Below, one piece after another: positions 56,603 through 64,000 of a stretch of DNA of 64,000 nucleotides. The DNA lies in the NCBI GenBank assembly GCA_002269645.1, contig NIVC01000952.1, positions 144,196-208,195 on the forward strand, written 5' to 3'. Position 1 is the first letter of the stretch. Every line of letters starts with the position of its first letter. The position numbers and the translations under genes are program-made. The DNA comes from Macrostomum lignano (taxonomy: Eukaryota). The notes under the pieces are model-generated. The model saw nothing but the letters and a program-made list of their open reading frames with translations, did not search any database and had not been told where the DNA came from.

Positions 56603-59600
56603 TTAAAGGCGACGCAGACGCAGTCTCAAATCGGCCAGGGTCGCGCAAAGCCGATCCAACGAATCTATGGCGCCATCAATAATTTGCACCAGCTGCTGTC
56701 TAGTCTGCTCAGATTCAACTGATTCAACGTCGGACGAAGCTGGAGGAGGAGCAGCAGCAGGAGAAACAGGAGGGGAAGGCGCCAACCCCGCTGTAGCTTC
56801 CATCAACAGTTCATTCAGTCGATCGCACCGACTGTGCAGCAGCGAGAAGCAGACGCACAGAAATAAGCTGGCAATCAATAAAACGACAATAAGCCGACGA
56901 CAAACTGACGCCGACGACAACGACGCTGAAATCGATAAGATTGACATCGTAGAAGCCGAGGCAGAGGCGGCAGCACCAGCGGCGGAAGTAAGTGCCGGAT
57001 CCGAAGAGTTGCCATCCGATAGGGATGCCGCTACAGAGTCGTCGGGAATGATTTCGACATTGTCGGATCCGTCCGACACGGAGGCGGACAAATCTGCGCT
57101 AGCGGTGGCGGCGGCGGCTGCTGCCACCGAGGCGTTGCCAGCTGACGCGCTTGACGAGTTGAAGTGCGCAGTTAAGCTGGTCCGCATGGTGGCATAGTGC
57201 TGCGTCACACCGCGACGCCACGAGGCGTCAATAACTCCGCGTACAAAACGGAAGAGCTGGCGATGGAATCGAAGCTCGGACAGGACTCGGAGGCGACACC
57301 TGCCCGGCCCGGCGCAGGTTAGCTGGTAGGCTGTAAAAGTGCTAAATGCGTCTCCGTATGGTACGTCACGACTGGTTGACGAGGCTTCAACTGAGTAGGC
57401 CTCGCCCGGTTGGTAGCGGGTGATTCGCTGCTCGTCAGCCTGCGGGACGATGATGGGTCGGGTTTTTTATGATTTGAAAAAGACAGGTCCAGCTGTCTGA
57501 AAATCTCACCAAACAGACTCACACTCATTGTGTAAAAATCTCACCCAGACAGACTTACTATAAACTGTCAAAATCTCACCCATCCAGATTTACTATAAAC
57601 TGTCAAAATCTCACCCATCCAGATTTACTATAAACTGTCAAAATCTCACCCATCCAGATTTACTATAAACTGTCAAAATCTCACCCATCCAGATTTACTA
57701 TAAACTGTCAAAATCTCACCCATCCAGATTTACTATAAACTGTCAAAATCTCACCCAGACAGACTTACTATAAACTGTCAAAATCTCACCCATCCAGATT
57801 TACTATAAACTGTCAAAATCTCACCCAGGCAGACTCACTATAAAGTCTCAAAATCTCACCCAGACAGACTCACTATAAAGTCTCAAAATCTCACCCAGAC
57901 AGACTCACTATAAAGTCTCAAAATCTCACCCAGACAGACTCACTATAAACTGTCAAAATCTCAACCAGACAGACTCACTATAAACTGTCAAAATCTCAAC
58001 CAGACAGACTCACTATAAACTGTCAAAATCTCAACCAGACAGACTCACTATAAACTGTCAAAATCTCAACCAGACAGACTTACTATAAACTGTCAAAATC
58101 TCAACCAGACAGACTCACTATAAACTGTCAAAATCTCACCCAGACAGACTCACTATAAACTGTCAAAATCTCAACCAGACAGACTCACTATAAACTGTCA
58201 AAATCTCACCCAGACAGACTCACTATAGTCTCAAAATCTCACTCAGAGAGACTCACAATAAAGTCTCAAAATCTCACCTGCACAGCATTCCTGGGCCCGA
58301 TCGCGCCACTCAGCGGCACCCGATAAGACACGGTCCGAGCCCTTTGATTCCACTGTTCCACTCGAATCTCCAAATAGCCTCGCTCGCCGGCAAACTGACG
58401 AAACCAGGCCGAGCTGCGGCCGAATATGCCCAGAAACACGGTGTCAACATCTGCGGGCAAGTCCATGGCCAGCCACTCCTCAGTCTGGACCTCCTGCTGG
58501 GTGGCTGCCTCATCGCCTGCAGCGGAGTCTGGCGGGCCGAACTCTTCGGCTAGCACACGGCTTTGGAGCGACGAACCCGACGTTTCGCCGATTGAGAACG
58601 ACGGCGGCGAGAGCGAAGGCAAAGCCGGCGATAATCCATTATTAGCGTCGGTTGCTATGGCAACGGATGACGAAGCGGCTTCGTTGGCGCTACCGTTGCC
58701 GCCGCCGCTGCCGTCTTCTTCAGTTGGCGACGAGATTAAAGCTGGCGAAGAATCGTTGCTAGGCAGTTGCCGGGAAATGCTTGGCACGTAGTCAGTGTCA
58801 TCCGAGTCCAGGCCTGCGCAAGGCGAGCGGGATGCTTCATCAGTTTGCAGTCTCCCAATGTTTATTATTATCTATCGGACTCAGAATTCGGTTTTTTTAT
58901 CATCTACCAGTCTTTATTTCGGCGCTTCATCAACTTCCTCGCGTCTCCTTATTTTAAATCCTCATCATCTACCAGTCAGTCTCCCTGTTTTGATTCCTCA
59001 TCATCTCTCAGTCTCCCTGTTTTGATTCCTCATCATATACCAGTCTCCCTGTTTTGATTCCTCATCATCTCTCAGTCTCCCTGTTTTAGTTCCTCATCAT
59101 CTCCCAGTCTCCCTGTTTTAGTTCCTCATCATCTACCAGTCTCCCTGTTTTAGTTCCTCATCATCTCCCAGTCTTCCTGTTTTAGTTCCTCATCATCTCT
59201 TAGTCTTCCTGTTTTGATTCCTCATCATCTCTCAGTCTCCCTGTTTTAGTTCCTCATCATCTCCCAGTCTTCCTGTTTTGATTCCTCATCATCTCTCAGT
59301 CTCCCTGTTTTAGTTCCTCATCATCTCCCAGTCCCAGTCTCCCTGTTTTAGTTTCTCATCATCTCCCAGTCTCCCTGTTTTAGTTCCTTATCATCTCCCA
59401 GTCTCCCTGTTTTAGTTCCTCATCATCTCCCAGTCTCCCTGTTTTGAGTCTTCATCTCTTTCTCCCAGGCTCTATTTTGGTTTTGGCTCTTTATCAACTC
59501 AGTCTCCCTGTTCTAGTTCCTCATCATCTCCCAGTCTCCCTGTTTTAGTTTCTCATCATCTCCCAGTCTTCCTGTTTTGATTCCTCATCATCTCTCAGTC

Positions 59601-62600
59601 TCCCTGTTTTAGTTCCTCATCATCGCCCAGTCCCAGTCTCCCTGTTTTAGTTCCTCATCATCTCCTAGTCTCCCTGTTTTAGTTCCTCATCATCTCCCAG
59701 TCTCCCTGTTTTAGTTCTTCATCATCTTCCAGTCCTAGTCTCCCTGTTTTAGTTCCTCATCATCTCCCAGTCTCCCTGTTTTAGTTCTTCATCATCTTCC
59801 AGTCCTAGTCTCCCTGTTTTAGTTCCTCATCATCTCCCAGTCTTCCTGTTTTGATTCCTCATCATCTCTCAGTCTCCCTTTTTTAGTTCCTCATCATCTC
59901 CCAGTCTTCCTGTTTTGATTCCTCATCATCTTTCAGTCTCCCTGTTTTAGTTCCTCATCATCTCCCAGTCCCAGTCTCCCTGTTTTGGTTCCTCATCATC
60001 TCCCAGTCTCCCTGTTTTGATTCCTCATTATCTACCAGTCTCCCTGTTTTGGTTCCTCATCATCTCCCAGTCTTCCTGTTTTGATTCCTCATCATCTCTC
60101 AGTCTCCCTGTTTTAGTTCCTCATCATCTCCCAGTCCCAGTCTCCCTGTTTTAGTTCCTCATCATCTCCCAGTCTCCCTGTTTTGAGTCTTCATCTCTTT
60201 CTCCCAGGCTCTATTTTGGTTTTGGCTCTTTATCAACTCAGTCTCCCTGTTTTGGCTCCTCATCATCTTTGTCTCGTGGTGCTGTTTTTTAACCGCAGGC
60301 TCCCCCAATAGCCATTTTACTTAGTCCAGCAACTGTAGAAAACAGATTGCAAGCACAAAACTGATAAAGCATATAAATCATCCATAAATCTGACAGCGAA
60401 GCAAACAGACATTCCTAGTTCTTAGTTAATAGCAGTGCACAGAGTTCTAGTATAACATAAGCTTCTATTTGCAATGTCATACTACACAGCACTATTATTT
60501 TAAACCCAGAGCATTAAACGCAAGGCATTTTAATTTTTTAAAAGAGACTCAATATCGATGACTATTTGGCTAACCAGGACTCGGTAACACGTCACGACAT
60601 ACCCAGATCGTTTCCATAAGACTCGTGAATCAGCTCCCACATGATAGTGGGATGCATAGGCTGAGGACACAGTTCCCACAGTAGGCTGAGCACACTAAAT
60701 GTCTTCTCCCTGGCTGTCAGGCTGGTTAGAAAGTACCTGAAAAAAAAGAATTTTACACCGGGTCAACTGCAGACTGCAGTGCACAATAATTTGACTTTTA
60801 CCTCGCGTTTTTTCAAAATGAAACACAGCTTATAAACGCTATATAGTAGCAGCACCTACAAAACCAGCTAAAAACTACAGGAACAAAGACCTACACCTAC
60901 AAAACCAGCTAAAAACTACAGGAACAGAGACCTACATCTACAAGACCAGCTCAAAACTACAGGAACAAAGACCTACACCTACAAAACCAGCTCAAAACTA
61001 CAGGAACAGAGACTTACACCTACAAAACAAGCTCAAAACTACAGGAACAAAGACCTACACCTACAAAACCAGCTAAAAACTACATGAACAGAGACCTACA
61101 CCTACAAAACCAGCTCAAAACTACAGGAACAGACTTATACCTACAAAACCAGCTCAAAACTACAGGAACAAAGACCTACACCTACAAAACCAGCTAAAAA
61201 CTACATGAACAGAGACCTACATCTACAAAACCAGCTAAAAACTACAGGAACAAAGACCTTCACCTACAAAACCAGCTAAAAACTACATGAACAAAGACCT
61301 ACACCTACAAAACCAGCTAAAAACTATAGCAACAAAGACCTACACCTACAAAGACCTACACCTACAAAACCAGCTAAAAACTACAGAAACAAAGACCTAA
61401 ACCTACAAAACCAGCTCAAAACTACAGGAACAAGACCTACACCTACAAAACCAGCTAAAAACTACAGGAACAAAGACCTTCACCTACAAAACCAGCTAAA
61501 AACTATAGCAACAAAGACCTACACATACAAAGACCTACACCTACAAAACCAGCTAAAAACTACAGAAACAAAGACCTAAACCTACAAAACCAGCTCAAAA
61601 CTACAGGAACAAAGACCTACACCTACAAAACCAGCTAAAAACTACAGGAACAAAGACCTACACCTACAAAACCAGCTAAAAACTACAGGAACAGAGACCT
61701 ACATCTACAAGACCAGCTCAAAACTACAGGAACAGACTTATACCTACAAAACCAGCTCAAAACTACAGGAACAGACTTATACCTACAAAACCAGCTAAAA
61801 ACTACAGGAACAAAGACCTTCACCTACAAAACCAGCTAAAAACTATAGCAACAAAGACCTACACATACAAAGACCTACACCTACAAAACCAGCTAAAAAC
61901 TACAGAAACAAAGACCTAAACCTACAAAACCAGCTCAAAACTACAGGAACAAAGACCTACACCTACAAAACCAGCTAAAAACTACAGGAACAAAGACCTA
62001 CACCTACAAAACCAGCTAAAAACTACAGGAACAGAGACCTACATCTACAAGACCAGCTCAAAACTACAGGAACAAAGACTTATACCTACAAAACCAGCTA
62101 AAAACTACATGAACAGAGACCTACACCTACAAAACCAGCTCAAAACTACAGGAAGACTTATACCTACAAAACCAGCTCAAAACTACAGGAACAAAGACCT
62201 ACACCTACAAAACCAGCTCAAAACTACAGGAACAGACTTATACCTACAAAACCAGCTCAAAACTACAGGAACAAAGACCTACACCTACAAAACCAGCTAA
62301 AAACTACATGAACAGAGACTTACACCTACAAAACCAGCTCAAAACTACAGGAACAAAGACCTACACCTACAAAACCAGCTCAAAACTCCAGAAGAGCTAC
62401 AAACCATAAAAAATCCGGGAATCTAGCAGAGCTACTTGTACATACCTGTCCTGACCAGACACAACCAAGATAGCATTAGGAATTAATCGAGCGGTTCGCT
62501 CCTTAGTAAGGGAAGTGACGGACGCCAGTGGCACGGTAAACCGAGTCTCAAAGCCGATAATTTTCGAATAGAAGCACAGTCTCACTGTGGTGGCGTACAG

Positions 62601-63315
62601 CCGGCCCTGCACCAGGAAGCCGTTGCGGTCCCAGGCGCAACTGCAGTCCGTGACAAGCCGCTCAGCTGCCGGACGCTCTTTAAACAGCCGATGCAGAGCC
62701 GAATCTCGCTGCTTATAAGCCGGATTAAACGCGCTGCGAAGACCCGAGCGGCGACTTTTCTGACCTGTCAAGGCGGTGGTGGCGACGGCTGAAGAGGATT
62801 TCACCATGACAACTGGTTTCTGCTGAGCCGGGACATTCGACGATGTCGCAGTGGTCTTCTGCTCCTGCTGCTGCTCCTGCTGAGGCTGCTGAGGCTCAGA
62901 AGCTGATGCAGCTAAACCAATAGGCGAAGACACTACAGGAGAATCGTACTCAACAAGGGCAGCGTCATCCGCAGAGTCTGGCAGATATGCCAAGCAGTCC
63001 TCGAACAAGTCGGAGGAGTCCGACCCCAATGGCAGAGGTCTACGACGGCGCAATAACCAGCTGTTGCTGCGACCGACGCCGTACTCTGCAAGCGTCAGAG
63101 CATCGGCTGTTGAGGTTGTCGAAGACGAAGCTACGGCGCCGGTGCGGCGGCGGCGGACTCGGCAGCAAAGTCGGGCACATTGAATGTGGCGGCGACATGA
63201 ACACGCGAGGAGACGGCAGCAGCGGCGGCGGCCGTAGGCGACCGCTGAGCGAGTGTCGTGGCAGCCTGCTGCGGGAAAGGAGACGTCAAAAGCGGGAAAT
63301 AACCAAAACTCGCAC
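56603..63315 (-). CDS. GRAMD1: GRAMD1/Aster-like sterol transport protein (GRAM, VASt, TM, coiled coil); exons ?-62446, 60603-60736, 58278-58813, 56603-57439; 5' end unresolved
   Basis: GRAM: YKQR...QGRLY...CFYSKIIG...KERTARLIPNAI|RYFLTSLTAREKTF...SYGNDL|GLDSDDTDYVP. VASt: VSYRVPL...DVPYGDAF...CRLRVLSEL. TM: LIVVLLIASLFLCVCFSLL. There is a terminal amphipathic helix, and splice phases (2,1,0) are consistent. Confidence 0.9.
57531..58270. repeat. 35-bp minisatellite filling the last GRAMD1 intron
   Basis: Unit tgtcaaaatctcaccca(g/t)(a/c)cagac(t/c)...actataaac, ~21 copies, abutting the donor at 58277. Confidence 0.97.
58970..60270. repeat. 32-bp minisatellite in a GRAMD1 intron
   Basis: Unit cagtctccctgttttagttcctcatcatctcc, ~40 copies. 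Confidence 0.97.
60855..62395. repeat. 41-bp minisatellite in a GRAMD1 intron
   Basis: Unit cctacacctacaaaaccagctaaaaactacaggaacaaaga, ~37 copies. Confidence 0.97.
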
Positions 63316-63329
63316 CTGATGGAAAGAAA

Positions 63330-64000
63330 TCTCACACTAGAGGAGGGGGTAGAGACAAATCTCTAAATCTCACACTAGAGGAGGGGGTAGAGACAAATCT
63401 CAAAATCTCACACTAGAGGAGGAAGTAGAGACAAATCTCAAAATCTCACACTAGAGGAAGTAGAGACAAGTGTCAAAATCTCACACTAGAGGAGGTAGAG
63501 ACAAATCTCAAAATCTTACACTAGAGAAGGGGTTAGAGACAAATCTCAAAATCTCACACTAGAGGAGGTAGAGCCAAATCTCAAAATCTCAAACTAGAAG
63601 TACAGACAAAATCTCACACTAGAGGAGAAAGTAGAGACAAATCTCAAAATCTCACCTTAGAGGAAGTAGAGACAAATCTCAAAATCTCACCCTAGAAGAG
63701 TACGAGTAGAGACAAATCTCAAAATCTCACACTAGAAGAGGTAGAGACAAATCTCAAAATCGCACCTTAGAGGAAGTAGAAACAAATCTCAAAATCTCAC
63801 ACTAGAAGAGGTAGAGACAAATCTCAAAATCTCACACCAGAGGAGGAATTAGAGACAAATCTCAAAATCTCACACTAGAGGAGGAAGTAGAGACAAATCT
63901 CAAAATCTCACATTAGAGGAAGTAGAGACAACAAGTGTCGAAATCTCACACTAGAGAAAGTATAGACATATCTCAAAATCTCAAACTAGAGGTAGAGACA
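63330..64000. repeat. ~35-38-bp minisatellite upstream of the GRAM exon, running off the window
   Basis: Unit aaatctcaaaatctcacactagaggaggtagagac and variants. Confidence 0.95.

Overview
Eukaryotic (metazoan) genomic DNA, rich in repeats, with GC-rich exons and some very short introns. The overall style suggests a flatworm such as Macrostomum, but that is inference and not proven. All five host genes I could identify lie on the minus strand. (1) An unidentified exon at about 2.15-2.65 kb. (2) A full-length RNF213/mysterin-like giant AAA+ ATPase and E3 ligase (about 4894-25417, roughly 5,000 aa). It has an expanded N-terminal zinc-ribbon region, a CBM20-like domain, an AAA+ core, a divergent RING and an intact RZ finger, but about 8 apparent single-base frameshifts. 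(3) A two-exon GT32 (DXD) glycosyltransferase resembling MIPC synthase/OCH1. (4) A six-exon alpha-arrestin (ARRDC-like). (5) A GRAMD1/Aster-like sterol transporter, with its 5' end unresolved. Mobile DNA includes a 5'-truncated, RNase H-bearing non-LTR retrotransposon flanked by a perfect 85-bp direct repeat, and a degenerate relative of it. There is also an internally deleted Tc1/IS630-type transposon, MITEs, CORE-like tRNA-derived SINEs, and a Ty3/Gypsy 5' fragment (LTR, tRNA-Leu PBS, gag, protease) lodged in a minisatellite. Most introns of the arrestin and GRAMD1 genes are filled by their own minisatellite. Several of these arrays carry a shared GTGAGATT motif resembling a splice donor. 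A 2.6-kb satellite shows a 1150-bp higher-order repeat. I found no CRISPR, rRNA or true tRNA, and no convincing new multi-gene system. The best leads are the 85-bp duplication, the RNF213 architecture and the splice-site-linked intronic minisatellites.
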